The notes: generated by a model not told the origin, from the sequence alone. A stretch of 64,000 nt of DNA from an uncultured cyanobacterium (GCA_963719515.1 CAVRCJ010000006.1:368029-432028), one strand, 5' to 3'. Counted from the stretch's first letter, positions 48,399 to 59,043 are shown. Numbers and translations are program-made.

Positions 48399-49028
48399 CT
48401 AGATCGATTTTATCGCTCGCCCAATAATCTGGGGGCTGACGATGGCGGGGATCGGAGCCCGAAAGCGATCGTAGGTCACCTGCTCAAACCCAGCGGCCTC
48501 AATGACGGGGCCGGTCTCCCGATCTAGGCAGCAGCCATCGGCAATGACGTGCCAGGCTGGCTGCAGCCAGCCCTGCACCCGCCGCAGTTGGGTTTGGGGC
48601 GGGGCGGCAACATGCTCTAGAAAATAAAAGGTGCCCCCCGGCCTCAGAACCCTCAAAATCTCCCGCAAGACGCCCTCTAGGTTCTCCACTGAGCAGAGCA
48701 CCAGCGTGCTGACCACCGCGTCAACGCTGCCGTCCTCGACGTCGAGTCGCTCGGCCTGTCCCTGCAGAACTTGAATCTGCAGGTTGGCCTCTTCCGCCCG
48801 TTTCTTTAGGTAAGGCTGCATAAAGGGATTGGGCTCGATGCCCATCCAGCGCACAGATGAAGGATAGTAGCCAAAGTTTGCGCCTGCGCCGGGGCCAATC
48901 TCTAGGATGGTGCCCTGCAGGTCGGCAAACAGGGCTCGCTTGCGATCGCTCACCGAGGCTTCGTAGCCCGCCGTGCCGTGGGCCATCAGCCAGGCAATCA
49001 GGCGCTGATACCAGTTGGGAGGAGACAT
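48399..49028 (-). CDS. class I SAM-dependent methyltransferase
   Basis: Motif I ILEIGPGAGAN and DAVVSTLVLCSV are present. Confidence 0.8.
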   Translation of the reverse strand: MSPPNWYQRLIAWLMAHGTAGYEASVSDRKRALFADLQGTILEIGPGAGANFGYYPSSVRWMGIEPNPFMQPYLKKRAEEANLQIQVLQGQAERLDVEDGSVDAVVSTLVLCSVENLEGVLREILRVLRPGGTFYFLEHVAAPPQTQLRRVQGWLQPAWHVIADGCCLDRETGPVIEAAGFEQVTYDRFRAPIPAIVSPQIIGRAIKSI

Positions 49029-49128
49029 AGTTGTGGGTAGGGTGCTGTTACCGAGGTTAACGCACCAAATTCTATTGCGGTACTTTGGCTATCTAAGTTG
49101 GAGCTGTTGATGCGGTGGGTTGCTCAAC

Positions 49129-49926
49129 TTACGGGGAAGAAGATTCGATCTCCACAATTACGGGGGTGTGGTCGCTGGGCTTTTGCAGCTTGCGCGGCTC
49201 GACGTCGATTTTACAGGCCGTGGCCCGCCCGTATAGCGGTGGCGAGAGGTAGTGGTGGTCGATGCGCCAGCCCCGATTGTTGGGGAAGGCAGCGGTGCGA
49301 TAGTCCCACCAGCTAAAGTGACCGCCCTCGTCGGTGAACTTACGAAAAGCGTCCGCTAGCCCGAGATCTAGCAAAGTTCGCAGCGCCTCCCGTTCTGTAG
49401 GAGAGGCCATGATGTGGTTGGGCTTCTTGGGAGCATAGATATCTCGGTCCTCTAGGGCAATATTGAAGTCACCGCACACCAGCAGCTCGGGCCTATCTGC
49501 CAGCAGCGCCTTGAGGTAGTCCTGCAGCAGGGCGAGCCAGCGCAGCTTATAGTCATACTTGTCGCTGCCTACTGCTGAGCCGTTGGGCACGTAGAGGTTG
49601 ACGACCCGGACGCCGTCTAGCACCCCGGTAATCACTCGCTTTTGCACGTCGAGATCGCCAACGTCTGTATCGGTCAAGACGCCAGCAAACCCGGCGCTCA
49701 CCTCGCTCAGCGGCTCGCGGCTGACCAGCGCTACGCCGTTGTAGGACTTTTGGCCGCTGATGTAGAGGTGATAGCCCAGCGCTTCGAAGGGCGATCGCGG
49801 AAAGTCCTCGTCCACTACTTTGGTTTCCTGTAGGCACAAGACGTCTACAGGGTTGTTCTCTAGCCAATCGGTGACTTGCCCTAAGCGCGAGCGGACGGAG
49901 TTGACGTTCCAGGTGGCGATTTGCAT
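49129..49926 (-). CDS. xth: exodeoxyribonuclease III
   Basis: The N-terminus MQIATWNVNSVRSRL...DVLCLQETK is typical and the ORF is 265 aa. Confidence 0.92.
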   Translation of the reverse strand: MQIATWNVNSVRSRLGQVTDWLENNPVDVLCLQETKVVDEDFPRSPFEALGYHLYISGQKSYNGVALVSREPLSEVSAGFAGVLTDTDVGDLDVQKRVITGVLDGVRVVNLYVPNGSAVGSDKYDYKLRWLALLQDYLKALLADRPELLVCGDFNIALEDRDIYAPKKPNHIMASPTEREALRTLLDLGLADAFRKFTDEGGHFSWWDYRTAAFPNNRGWRIDHHYLSPPLYGRATACKIDVEPRKLQKPSDHTPVIVEIESSSP

Positions 49927-50038
49927 GGACAGGACTCTACGGATTTTGGCCTATGGGTTGTGGAGTATAGCACGACGGCCCAGCCCGACGCGATCGCCAG
50001 CCCCTGTACCGGCAGCTCAAACGAGTCGCTTTTGGTCC

Positions 50039-50148
50039 ATATAGCAAATGTCCTGATGCATTAGGACATTTGCGCGGTCAGTTGCCTACACAACGTTAGG
50101 CTTTCAGCCGATTCTGGTGTCCCAAGCAACTAAACCAATGCAATAAAG
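50039..50148 (+). repeat. Copy B of the roughly 110-nt dispersed element. The hairpin is aaatgtcct gatgcatt aggacattt, with a 9-bp perfect stem.
   Basis: The core 50082-50118 is identical to 26084-26120. The flanks have diverged. Confidence 0.6.
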
Positions 50149-50215
50149 TTCTCGCTTCACGGGCGCTGCCGCACTACAGGCTCGCAGCATCTATATCGCT
50201 TGAATTTGGAGCCAG

Positions 50216-50698
50216 TTACACCGTTGTTGGGGGTGGATAAGGCTTCGCAAAGGTAAAGCAGTCTGGCGAGCCGCCATTACGCTCAAGCGCCTCCAGCTTC
50301 GCTTTCCCTTGCTCAATCGTGGGCAGACACCCCACAGGAAACCACCACATCCCAAAGTGCTCGCCCTGATAAGGTTCAAACCACTGACGGCGACGGACAA
50401 AGAACTCACCATGTAGGCTCCGATAGACGTAAACCTTGAGCTGTTCTACAGTACGCCAGACTGACAGATTAACCAGCATTCTCGGATCTGAGTAGGCCCG
50501 AATATCCGTTGCATCGCCAGATGATGTTTGCAGCCGCCAAACAAAACCAGGACTTTGCTCTGCTACAGCATTGACCTCGGCTAAAGCAGCAGCAAATTCA
50601 GCCATTATGGGATCCTCTAAAGGCGCTCTCATCAAGGCAACGTTGATTTGAGCCAGGTAATAGTCTTGATCCTGGGAAATCAATTTTTCCGCAACCAT
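50216..50698 (-). CDS. DUF3291-like hypothetical protein
   Basis: The ORF is 160 aa. The family call is from memory and is low-to-moderate. Confidence 0.5.
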   Translation of the reverse strand: MVAEKLISQDQDYYLAQINVALMRAPLEDPIMAEFAAALAEVNAVAEQSPGFVWRLQTSSGDATDIRAYSDPRMLVNLSVWRTVEQLKVYVYRSLHGEFFVRRRQWFEPYQGEHFGMWWFPVGCLPTIEQGKAKLEALERNGGSPDCFTFAKPYPPPTTV

Positions 50699-50818
50699 GC
50701 TCGTTACCCTGTCCTACAAAATTATCTGAAGTATCTAGAACTCCGGGCTATGTTGTCTTGGACGATGTTGACCAAAACGCTGTGCTTTGACGGCTCCAGT
50801 TACTCATAACCTACACTT

Positions 50819-51538
50819 TCAGCTTCGAGCTCTACGCTCAAGCGCGGAAAGACTCGGCGGCATTGAAAGGGATACCGTCTTGTCTGCAGGCTCACCGTCT
50901 GGGGGTGTGGCTCGCGCAGCAGCTAGACTGCGAATCAGCAGCGGCACCGTCGCCCCCCCAATCAATAACGCCACCCCCAGGCCAATCAGCCCGTCCACCC
51001 AATACCAACCCGTCTGCCAGACGATCAGCGCCGCCAGCAGCACCCCCAGGGAACTCGTTACATCCGCCAGCATGTGCAAAAAGGCTCCTCTGACGTTGAG
51101 GTCATCGTGGCTATGCTGGTGCAGCATCGTCGCACTGATACCGTTGACCACAACGCCCCCCAGAGCCGCCGCCAGCATCGGGCCGCTGAGAATCTCCTCA
51201 GGAGTGCCGGTCAAATGCTCAACCGACTCCCAGGCCAGCCAGCCCGCAAGACCCAGCAGCAGAGCGCTGTTGAGAGCCGCTGCTAGGGGCTCCGCCCGAT
51301 GCGACTTCAGCCAGACCGTTGTCCAAGCTGCGCTTAAGGCGATGCCGATCGCGATCGCATCTGAGAGCATGTGACCCGCCTCCACGCGCAGGGCGATACT
51401 GTGGCTGTAGAGCCCTACCCCAAACTCAGCGAGGGCGAAGGTCAGCAGCAGCAGCAGCGCCGCAATCAGGGCGCGGCGTTTGGGAGCACAGTTGCACAGA
51501 GAGGAAATGCTGCGGGAGAGGTCAAGGGCTAGAGCCAT
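50819..51538 (-). CDS. cation diffusion facilitator family transporter (short form)
   Basis: It has about 6 TM helices and the conserved HMLSDA and HMLADV motifs. Confidence 0.6.
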   Translation of the reverse strand: MALALDLSRSISSLCNCAPKRRALIAALLLLLTFALAEFGVGLYSHSIALRVEAGHMLSDAIAIGIALSAAWTTVWLKSHRAEPLAAALNSALLLGLAGWLAWESVEHLTGTPEEILSGPMLAAALGGVVVNGISATMLHQHSHDDLNVRGAFLHMLADVTSSLGVLLAALIVWQTGWYWVDGLIGLGVALLIGGATVPLLIRSLAAARATPPDGEPADKTVSLSMPPSLSALERRARS

Positions 51539-51724
51539 CTGCAGGTCAGAGCGTGGGGTGTAAAGATAACGAAATCCTAAATTCCGTAACGAAGCTTATC
51601 ATAGCGCTGCCATGGCCCGGTAGCTTGTGGAACAGTGGGGTCAGGAATTGCTTCATTGCAATGAGTGCCTGTCCGGTTGCCGACCGGACTTTTTTATGGG
51701 CGATTTTTCTTGCGCAGACAGACG

Positions 51725-53029
51725 TTAAGGTCCAGTGTTCAAAGCCTGAATCTGCTCATTAAAATAGTCGGTCTGATAGCTGAGCTGCTGCGCCAACTCC
51801 AGCCCTTTGCGAAACGACGCGATCGCCTGCTCATTTTGCCCTTGACGGCGGTGGATTTGCCCCATTTGGTCAAAGGCCTCCATCATGCCGTAGGTATTGT
51901 AGGCCTGCCGCTCGATGTCTACCAGCAGTCGGTAGACCGTCAGGGCATCTTGAGGCCGCTCGACAGAGACGTAGAGATCCGCTAGACCGCGAGCAGCCTC
52001 CGCCGCGTAGCCCAAATAGCCCACCCGCTGCGCCGCCGCGATCGCCTCCTGGTAGCTGCGTACCGCCCCATTGAGACGCCCTAGCCGTTGATAGTCTGAC
52101 GCGATCGCAATTTTTAAGGGCGGCACCTGGGCAAGCTCTCCTAGCTGACGGTAGCGCTGCACCAGCCGCTGTCGGGTGGCCACAGCATCACCAAATCTGT
52201 CTGTCTCGTCATAGACGATGGCTAGCTTCTCTAGCGCCTGCTGCTCGCCAGCGGCGTCCTGCTGAGTCTGACGCACCGCCAGCAAATTCTCGTAGACCGG
52301 GACAGCCTGCTCATAGTTAAACCAGACCAAATGCACCTCCCCTAACGCCTCTAGGGCTGCCGCCTCGGTGGCCACATCCTCTCGCTGCCGCGCCTGCTGA
52401 ATAATCGTCATGTAGGCAGCGATCGCCTGGTCGCGAGACCTGAGCGCTTTATAGGCATCAGCCACCTGCAAGAGTAGACCATAGTCCGGAGAAGGCTGGG
52501 CGCGGATTTCCTCCTCAATCTCCTCTAGGCGATCGCTGATGGCGCGAATCTCCAGGGTCTGGTTTTCCTCCCAGGCCACCCCACCCACGCGGCTCAGGGC
52601 GGCAACCTCGTCTTTAGGGCCCAACACCCGCCGCAGCCGCAGCTCTCGCAGCCAAATCTCAAATGCTTTTGGGGTATCGCCCGCATCGTACTGCCGCTGT
52701 CCCTGACGCCGCAGCTGCTCTAGCGAAACCCGTAGCGCCTGCTGCTCCTGCAAACTCAAAGGGCGCTCGACAATTAAGTTGGGCAGCAGGGGGTCAGAGA
52801 GATCCGGCGCTAGGGGATTGTCGAGCGCGGATGGGGTTGAGGTGGGTGGTGACGAGTCGGAGGATTGCGCTTGGGCAGCCTCCCCCCACCCCACAACAAG
52901 GCCGACGGGTAGGCTACTCGTTAGCCCCCAAGCGGCTAGGGCTAGGGCGGCGCGACTCGCACCAGCGTGGCCGATCCGCTGATGCCAAGCGCGTCGTGTC
53001 GAAACGGGGCGAATACTGGTGTTAGACAT
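51725..53029 (-). CDS. secreted TPR-repeat protein
   Basis: A signal peptide (ALALAAWGLTSSLPVGLVVGWGEAAQA) is present. Multiple TPR-like helices fill the C-terminal 350 aa. I chose the shorter start. Confidence 0.6.
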   Translation of the reverse strand: MSNTSIRPVSTRRAWHQRIGHAGASRAALALAAWGLTSSLPVGLVVGWGEAAQAQSSDSSPPTSTPSALDNPLAPDLSDPLLPNLIVERPLSLQEQQALRVSLEQLRRQGQRQYDAGDTPKAFEIWLRELRLRRVLGPKDEVAALSRVGGVAWEENQTLEIRAISDRLEEIEEEIRAQPSPDYGLLLQVADAYKALRSRDQAIAAYMTIIQQARQREDVATEAAALEALGEVHLVWFNYEQAVPVYENLLAVRQTQQDAAGEQQALEKLAIVYDETDRFGDAVATRQRLVQRYRQLGELAQVPPLKIAIASDYQRLGRLNGAVRSYQEAIAAAQRVGYLGYAAEAARGLADLYVSVERPQDALTVYRLLVDIERQAYNTYGMMEAFDQMGQIHRRQGQNEQAIASFRKGLELAQQLSYQTDYFNEQIQALNTGP

Positions 53030-53134
53030 GAGTTGCGGCGGGAGAGTTGGATCGGCAGGATGAATAGGGTGAGGCGGACAGTCTATACCCGCCATAATAG
53101 CTGCCGGGGTCGGGGTGGGCATGAGGGCTCTGTG

Positions 53135-53225
53135 CCAGAGATTGAGGCCAGAGATTGGGGCCAGAGATTGGGGCCGAACGTTAGGGCTAGAGGTTGGGGC
53201 CAAACATTGCGCACAGACATTGGGC
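53135..53225. repeat. About seven degenerate tandem copies of a 13-nt unit (ccagagattgggg), between the divergent TPR and purD genes
   Basis: I read it directly. Confidence 0.8.
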
Positions 53226-53325
53226 GACGCGCGGCTGAGGCGCAAACTATGGCACTCTGTTTGAAGCATGGGTCTTGAAGCATCGAATATTTGAAGCATC
53301 AACCGCGTTAGAGGAGCTGAATCAG

Positions 53326-54600
53326 GTGAATATCTTAGTCGTAGGCAATGGAGGCCGAGAGCATGCGATCGCCTGGACATTAGCTCAATCGAACGCCGTT
53401 AAGACAATTTATTGCCTGCCCGGAAACGGCGGCACCGGCAGTATGCCCAAGTGCCAAAACCTTCCGTTTGAGGCAACCAACTTTGCCGCCATCACTCAAG
53501 TTGTTCAAGCTAGCGCGGTTGATCTAGTTGTGATTGGCCCAGAAGCCCCCCTCGCTGCAGGCCTCACCGACCATCTGCAGGCTGGGGGAACTACTGTCTT
53601 CGGTCCCACCCGCTCCGGCGCGCAAATCGAGTCTAGCAAGGCCTGGGCTAAGGCCCTGATGACAGAGGCCCAAATTCCCACCGCCGCCTCGCAAACGTTT
53701 ATAGACTCAGAGGCGGCGATCGCCTACATTCGCGCCCAGGGTGCCCCCATCGTCATCAAGGCAGACGGGCTAGCGGCAGGTAAAGGGGTAACGGTAGCCC
53801 AGACCCTAGAGGAAGCGGTAGAGGCCGTGCGAGACTCCTTCGGCGGGCGGTTTGGGGAGGCGGGCCAGCAGGTAGTCGTAGAGGAATACCTCCAGGGACA
53901 GGAGGCCTCAATTTTAGCGGTCACCGACGGCAAAACCATCCGTCCCCTCGTGCCTTCCCAAGACCACAAGCCGGTGGGCGAGGGCGATACCGGACCCAAC
54001 ACTGGCGGTATGGGAGCCTACGCACCGACGCCCGTGGTGTCTGAGGCGCAGCTGCAGCAGATTCAGCGCCAAATTCTAGACCCGGCGATCGCTACCCTGC
54101 AGCAGCGCGGCATCGACTACCGGGGGGTGCTCTACGCCGGGCTCATGATGATGCCCGATGGAGAGCCCAAGGTGATCGAATTCAACTGCCGCTTCGGTGA
54201 CCCAGAAACTCAAGTCGTCTTGCCCTTGCTCGATATGCCCCTAGAAGAAATTTTGCTGGCCTGCGCCCTGCAGCGGCTAGGCCAGCTTCCCCCCTTCGCC
54301 TGGAAGCCCCTCGCCTCGGCCTGCATCGTGTTGGCCTCCGGCGGGTATCCGGGCCATTACGAGACGGGCTATCCCATTCAGGGACTAGAGCAGGCCGCTG
54401 AAGCCGGGGGACTAGTCTTTCATGCCGGCACACAGCAGCAAGATGACCAAATCGTCACGGCGGGGGGGAGGGTGTTAGGGGTGACGGCCTTGGGCAAAAC
54501 CTTTGACGAGGCGATCGCCCAGGCCTACCGCGCTGTCGATGAGATTCACTTCACGGGGCAATACTGCCGCCGCGACATCGGGTACCGGGTGCGTCAATAG
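53326..54600 (+). CDS. purD: phosphoribosylamine--glycine ligase
   Basis: The N-terminus NILVVGNGGREHAIAW and the ATP-grasp motifs are present. A GTG start at 53326 is preceded by AGGAG. Confidence 0.92.
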   Translation: MNILVVGNGGREHAIAWTLAQSNAVKTIYCLPGNGGTGSMPKCQNLPFEATNFAAITQVVQASAVDLVVIGPEAPLAAGLTDHLQAGGTTVFGPTRSGAQIESSKAWAKALMTEAQIPTAASQTFIDSEAAIAYIRAQGAPIVIKADGLAAGKGVTVAQTLEEAVEAVRDSFGGRFGEAGQQVVVEEYLQGQEASILAVTDGKTIRPLVPSQDHKPVGEGDTGPNTGGMGAYAPTPVVSEAQLQQIQRQILDPAIATLQQRGIDYRGVLYAGLMMMPDGEPKVIEFNCRFGDPETQVVLPLLDMPLEEILLACALQRLGQLPPFAWKPLASACIVLASGGYPGHYETGYPIQGLEQAAEAGGLVFHAGTQQQDDQIVTAGGRVLGVTALGKTFDEAIAQAYRAVDEIHFTGQYCRRDIGYRVRQ

Positions 54601-54618
54601 CTCTGTCCTTCGACGCCA

Positions 54619-56844
54619 TTGATGACGCCATCACCTGTCAGCCGTACTGCGAAAACATCTAGCGTCAGCAATTCGTGTCAAACTAATAGGCAGGACGCTA
54701 CGTCTCAGTCTATTCACTCAGACGCTTCAGCTGTTGTTTCAGCCCCCAGGAAGATCTTGATATCGCTGCTTAACAAACTTCGAGATGGCCTGGCCCACTG
54801 GTGGTCTGAGTTTACGCTGCAGACTCGCCTGATGGCGGCAGCGACGCTGGTGGTATCGCTGCTGATGAGCAGCCTAACGTTCTGGGCCGTCAACACCATT
54901 CAAGAAGATGCTCGCCTCCACGACACGCGATTTGGGCGAGACTTAGGGCTGCTGATGGCGGCGGATGTCTCCCCTATGGTGGCCGGCCAAAACCGCTCTG
55001 AGCTAGCACGATTTTCCTATCAGTTTTACCAAAGCTCCTCCAGCATTCGCTACGTCATCTATGCCGACGGCGGCGGCGATATCTTCTTCGGAATTCCCTT
55101 CTCAGAGCTGGAGGTGCAGAACTCCCTCACGATTCAGCGGCGCATCCAGCTGCCCGAAGGATTTGAGTCAGCTCAAGAGCCCTTGGTCCGGCAGCACCAA
55201 ACTCCCGACGGCGAGGTGACCGACGTCTTCGTCCCGCTGATTTCCGGCGGACGGTACTTGGGCGTTATGGCCCTTGGCATCAACCCTAATCCTACGGTGG
55301 TGGCTTCATCGCACCTGACCCGTGACGTGACGGTCGCCGTCTTTGTCTCAATTTGGGTAATGGTTATTTTGGGGGCCGTGTTTAATGCCCTAACCATCAC
55401 CCGGCCTATAAAAGAGCTGCTGGTGGGGGTGAAAAATATCGCTGCCAAAAACTTCAAGCAGCGCATCAACCTGCCGCTGGGGGGAGAGCTGGGGGAGCTG
55501 ATCGTCAACTTCAACGAGATGGCCGAGCGTCTAGAGCGCTACGAAGAGCAGAACATTGAAGAGCTAACGGCAGAAAAAGCCAAGCTTGAGACGCTGGTGT
55601 CGACCATTGCCGACGGGGCCATCTTGCTAGATGCCAACCTGAACGTGATCCTGGCTAACCCAACCGCGAAGCGAATTTTGGGGTGGGAAGGACTCAACGT
55701 TGCAGGGTCCCACATCCTGCATAATCTGCCGGAAACCATCAAAGCAGAGCTAATCCGCCCTCTACATCGCATTACCACAGCGCTTCCCCCGGAGGACCAC
55801 GGCCAGGGATACGGCGGGGAGCACAGCGAAGGTCGCAGCGAGGCGATGGAATTCCGCCTGACTCTCTTTGATACCGCTGGTCGCACGGTGCGCATCTTGC
55901 TGACGCGGGTGCTGGATCAGGCGAGAGAACACCTGCGGGGCATCGCCATCACGGTGCAGGATATCACCCGCGAGGTGGAGCTCAACGAGGCCAAAAGCCA
56001 GTTCATCAGCAACGTTTCCCACGAGCTGAGAACGCCGCTGTTCAACATCAAGTCGTTTATCGAAACGCTGCACGACTACGGTGAGGACTTAAGCGAAGCC
56101 GAGCGGCTGGAGTTTTTGGATACGGCCAACCGCGAAACCGATCGCCTCACACGCTTGGTCAACGACGTTTTAGATCTCTCGCGCCTAGAGTCTAACCGCC
56201 TCTATCGCTTTGAAGCTGTCGAACTGCTCCAGCCCATCGAGCAGACGCTGCGCACGTATCAGCTCACGGCTAAAGACAAGCAAATTCAGCTGCTTCAAGA
56301 CGTTGACCCCCACCTACCCGCCGTATTGGGCAACTATGATTTGCTTCTGCAGGTGCTGACCAACTTGGTGGGCAACGCCCTCAAGTTCACCAATGCCGGC
56401 GGAAGTATCGCTATTCGTGCCCATGCCCTAGCGCCTGACCGCGTTTCCTCAACCTATCCCTGCGTCCGAGTTGAAGTGGCCGATACCGGCATTGGCATTG
56501 ACCCTGAGGACCAAGCCGCTATTTTCGATCGCTTTTTCCGAGTTGAAAACCGCGTCCATACCTTGGAAGGAACGGGACTGGGGCTCTCTATTGTCCGCAA
56601 CATTGTGGGGAAGCACCACGGAACCGTAAACCTCATTAGTGAGCCTAGCGTAGGCACCACATTCTGGTTCGATCTGGCCGTTTTCCAGGCCGAGGCTCCC
56701 TCTTTTGAGGCGCTCATTAACGCTGGTCCGTTTACGGCCCGGTCCAACGCCTTGCCCGCAGCCTCGCCCACAGACGCCTCGCCCACAGACTCTCTCTCTG
56801 AGGCTACAGAACTGACCCCCAGCGCCACCGCCGTCGAAGCGTAG
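54619..56844 (+). CDS. nblS: two-component sensor histidine kinase (TM, periplasmic loop, TM, HAMP, PAS, HisKA, HATPase), NblS/Hik33-like
   Basis: The H-box HELRTPL, the N-box VGNALKF and the G-boxes are present. The N-terminus WWSEFTLQTRLMAAATLVVSLLMSSLTFWAV resembles NblS/Hik33 as I remember it. The symbol is tentative. Confidence 0.7.
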   Translation: MMTPSPVSRTAKTSSVSNSCQTNRQDATSQSIHSDASAVVSAPRKILISLLNKLRDGLAHWWSEFTLQTRLMAAATLVVSLLMSSLTFWAVNTIQEDARLHDTRFGRDLGLLMAADVSPMVAGQNRSELARFSYQFYQSSSSIRYVIYADGGGDIFFGIPFSELEVQNSLTIQRRIQLPEGFESAQEPLVRQHQTPDGEVTDVFVPLISGGRYLGVMALGINPNPTVVASSHLTRDVTVAVFVSIWVMVILGAVFNALTITRPIKELLVGVKNIAAKNFKQRINLPLGGELGELIVNFNEMAERLERYEEQNIEELTAEKAKLETLVSTIADGAILLDANLNVILANPTAKRILGWEGLNVAGSHILHNLPETIKAELIRPLHRITTALPPEDHGQGYGGEHSEGRSEAMEFRLTLFDTAGRTVRILLTRVLDQAREHLRGIAITVQDITREVELNEAKSQFISNVSHELRTPLFNIKSFIETLHDYGEDLSEAERLEFLDTANRETDRLTRLVNDVLDLSRLESNRLYRFEAVELLQPIEQTLRTYQLTAKDKQIQLLQDVDPHLPAVLGNYDLLLQVLTNLVGNALKFTNAGGSIAIRAHALAPDRVSSTYPCVRVEVADTGIGIDPEDQAAIFDRFFRVENRVHTLEGTGLGLSIVRNIVGKHHGTVNLISEPSVGTTFWFDLAVFQAEAPSFEALINAGPFTARSNALPAASPTDASPTDSLSEATELTPSATAVEA

Positions 56845-56872
56845 TGACGGCCCGCGCCGCCGGCTTCCAGGA

Positions 56873-57253
56873 CTAGCGCAGCACAACCAGAATAGAAACC
56901 ACGGCCAGCCCAATCCACAGCAGCGCTCGGCTGTGCTCCTGTATCCAGGACTGAACGCGATCGCCCTGAAACAGTCCTTTAGCGCCACTAGCGGGGCTGG
57001 GGCGATCGCTCCTCAACGCATCAGCAGCCGGGGCGAGCGGTTGATAGAGGGTACATTGGCGGGCGTAGGGTCGTTTGGGAAAGTTGCAGGTGTCGTCTTG
57101 GTGGTAAAGGCAGCTCTCGCAGAGGGCAGCGCCATCAGTGGCCTGGTGTAAGGAAATGCCGGGATGGCCATAGGCTTTAAGCAGCGTTCCACAGGCCGGG
57201 CAGGCGATCGCCTGGGAATCGACGCTTTGCTGGCAGCGGGGGCATTCTGGCAT
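56873..57253 (-). CDS. zinc-ribbon domain protein with a C-terminal TM helix
   Basis: CPRC...CPAC and CESC...C cysteine pairs are present, with a TM helix at the C-terminus. The start is taken at MPECPRC. Confidence 0.45.
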   Translation of the reverse strand: MPECPRCQQSVDSQAIACPACGTLLKAYGHPGISLHQATDGAALCESCLYHQDDTCNFPKRPYARQCTLYQPLAPAADALRSDRPSPASGAKGLFQGDRVQSWIQEHSRALLWIGLAVVSILVVLR

Positions 57254-57376
57254 GACTCTGCTCCAAACGCGAACTTCTCGCGAATTTTGATTGACCAAAT
57301 TTAAAATACAGACTGGTAAAACGCAAACCGGCAAAGCGCAGCCTGGAATAGGCTAAAGCAGCCCTCAGCAACCATT

Positions 57377-57688
57377 CTAGCGCCGGGTTGATTTGCGCAC
57401 ATAATACTTCTTGGTTTCCTGCAGCTCGTAGGTTCCGGCCCCCATGGCAGCGCAGAAGCGACGCTCTATCTGGTCAAGTTCGTCTTGAGGGATTGAAAAC
57501 CAGGAGTCTTCCGTCTCCCACTGCACCACCGTGATCACGTCTGTAAGGGAGTCATGACTAATCCAGATGTCTTTTCCTAAAAAGCCGGGATATCGAGACA
57601 GAGCTTGGGTCCAGATTTCGTCATCTCTTTGAATAAATCGCTCGCGACTGGCCTCTTCGACCCAAAACCTCAACCATTCGATAACCAT
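57377..57688 (-). CDS. hypothetical protein
   Basis: The ORF is 103 aa. I recognise no domain. Confidence 0.4.
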   Translation of the reverse strand: MVIEWLRFWVEEASRERFIQRDDEIWTQALSRYPGFLGKDIWISHDSLTDVITVVQWETEDSWFSIPQDELDQIERRFCAAMGAGTYELQETKKYYVRKSTRR

Positions 57689-57865
57689 GGCCTTGAACTC
57701 TCTAACCTACTCCGCTAAGCATATCTTAGGTGGTGATTTGGCCCTTGTTGAGGGCAGGTTATCCGAACATCGCATCTAGCTGCAGCACGCTTATAATGAC
57801 AAGTGCTGGGCCATTGGCGCTAGCGGGCTTGAACCCCATCTGTCCGGACGACGAGGACTGTCTCA

Positions 57866-58186
57866 ATGGAAAACAATGTACTTAAGCAATTGCTCATGGT
57901 TGGGATTGGCACCACCTCCCTAGCTGCGGACAAGCTGCGGGAAGTGAGTGAACAATGGGTAAGGGACGGCAAACTTGACCCCGAGCAGGCCAAGACGTTT
58001 GTCGATGATCTGATGGGTCAAATGCGCTCTGAGCAGACCAATTTTGAGGCTCAGATGCAGCGGCAGCTCAAGCAGGTTTTACAGGATTTAGGGGTTCCCC
58101 GCCAAAACGAGATGGATGAGCTGCGGGGCCGCCTTGACCGCCTAGAGCGCCAGATGCGAGACTTGGAAAATCGGCTCTGGCGATAA
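57866..58186 (+). CDS. phasin-like coiled-coil protein
   Basis: The ORF is 106 aa. The N-terminus LLMVGIGTTSLAADKLRE is followed by a coiled coil. Confidence 0.4.
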   Translation: MENNVLKQLLMVGIGTTSLAADKLREVSEQWVRDGKLDPEQAKTFVDDLMGQMRSEQTNFEAQMQRQLKQVLQDLGVPRQNEMDELRGRLDRLERQMRDLENRLWR

Positions 58187-58279
58187 GATCGCGTCGGCCT
58201 GGGAAACGGTAAGCTAGGAACGCTGGCGTGAGTGATCCCGCTGCCGCCCCGTCTTGCCTAACTGCCCTGACTGCTCAAC

Positions 58280-58894
58280 TTGATTGCCCAAATTTGGAGA
58301 CCTGCTGTGCGAGAGATTTTAATTAGCGTCGCTGTGATGATTGGCTGTGCCGCCGTGCTGGTTGTTGCTCAACTGACGGGCTCATCGGCGATCGCGGCCC
58401 CGAGTGAAGTCCCTCGTCCGGCGTCAGCGGCATCCCCCCTAGAGCAGCGGATGGGCCCCTCTAGCGCATCCCAAACCGAACCCGAAATCATTGCCCAAGC
58501 CCCGACCCTATTTGAATCTAACCCCATGGCCTCAGAGGACTCAGCGCTTGACACAGTCACTACGGCTTCGGGCCTACAGTATATTGACGAAGTAGAAGGG
58601 ACTGGCGCGCAGCCCCAGGCTGGCCAGACCGTAAGCGTTCACTATACCGGCACCCTAGAAGACGGCACCAAATTCGACAGCTCTCGCGATCGCAATCGGC
58701 CTTTTTCGTTCCGCTTGGGCGCTGGACGGGTGATTCGCGGCTGGGATGAGGGCATTGCCACAATGCGCGTTGGCGGACAGCGCAAGCTAATCATCCCCCC
58801 CGATTTAGGCTACGGCGCGAGAGGGGCAGGTGGGGTCATTCCCCCCAACGCGACGCTCATCTTTGACGTTGAGCTGCTGCGCATTGGCGCCTAG
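58280..58894 (+). CDS. FKBP-type peptidyl-prolyl cis-trans isomerase
   Basis: The FKBP domain ([41 protein letters not shown]...LIFDVELL) follows a signal/TM segment. Confidence 0.88.
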   Translation: MIAQIWRPAVREILISVAVMIGCAAVLVVAQLTGSSAIAAPSEVPRPASAASPLEQRMGPSSASQTEPEIIAQAPTLFESNPMASEDSALDTVTTASGLQYIDEVEGTGAQPQAGQTVSVHYTGTLEDGTKFDSSRDRNRPFSFRLGAGRVIRGWDEGIATMRVGGQRKLIIPPDLGYGARGAGGVIPPNATLIFDVELLRIGA

Positions 58895-59043
58895 GATTTA
58901 GCGAGGCCAAAGGGCTTTGAGGGGTAGATGAGTTCTACAGGGGTCACCCCGCAGAAACTTGTCTACCAAAGGCCGCCGCAGTGCTCCGCCTATACCGCGT
59001 AGCGGCTAGGGGGTGGTGAAGCGGCGCGTGAGCCGTAGGTGAG

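Noticed and set aside
55173-56988. Antisense and overlapping ORFs within and at the 3' end of the histidine kinase gene (55173-55514, 55539-55895, 55762-56073, 56449-56988, 56454-56918)
   Set aside because: They are opposite-strand artefacts of high GC. The kinase ORF is continuous with all its motifs intact.
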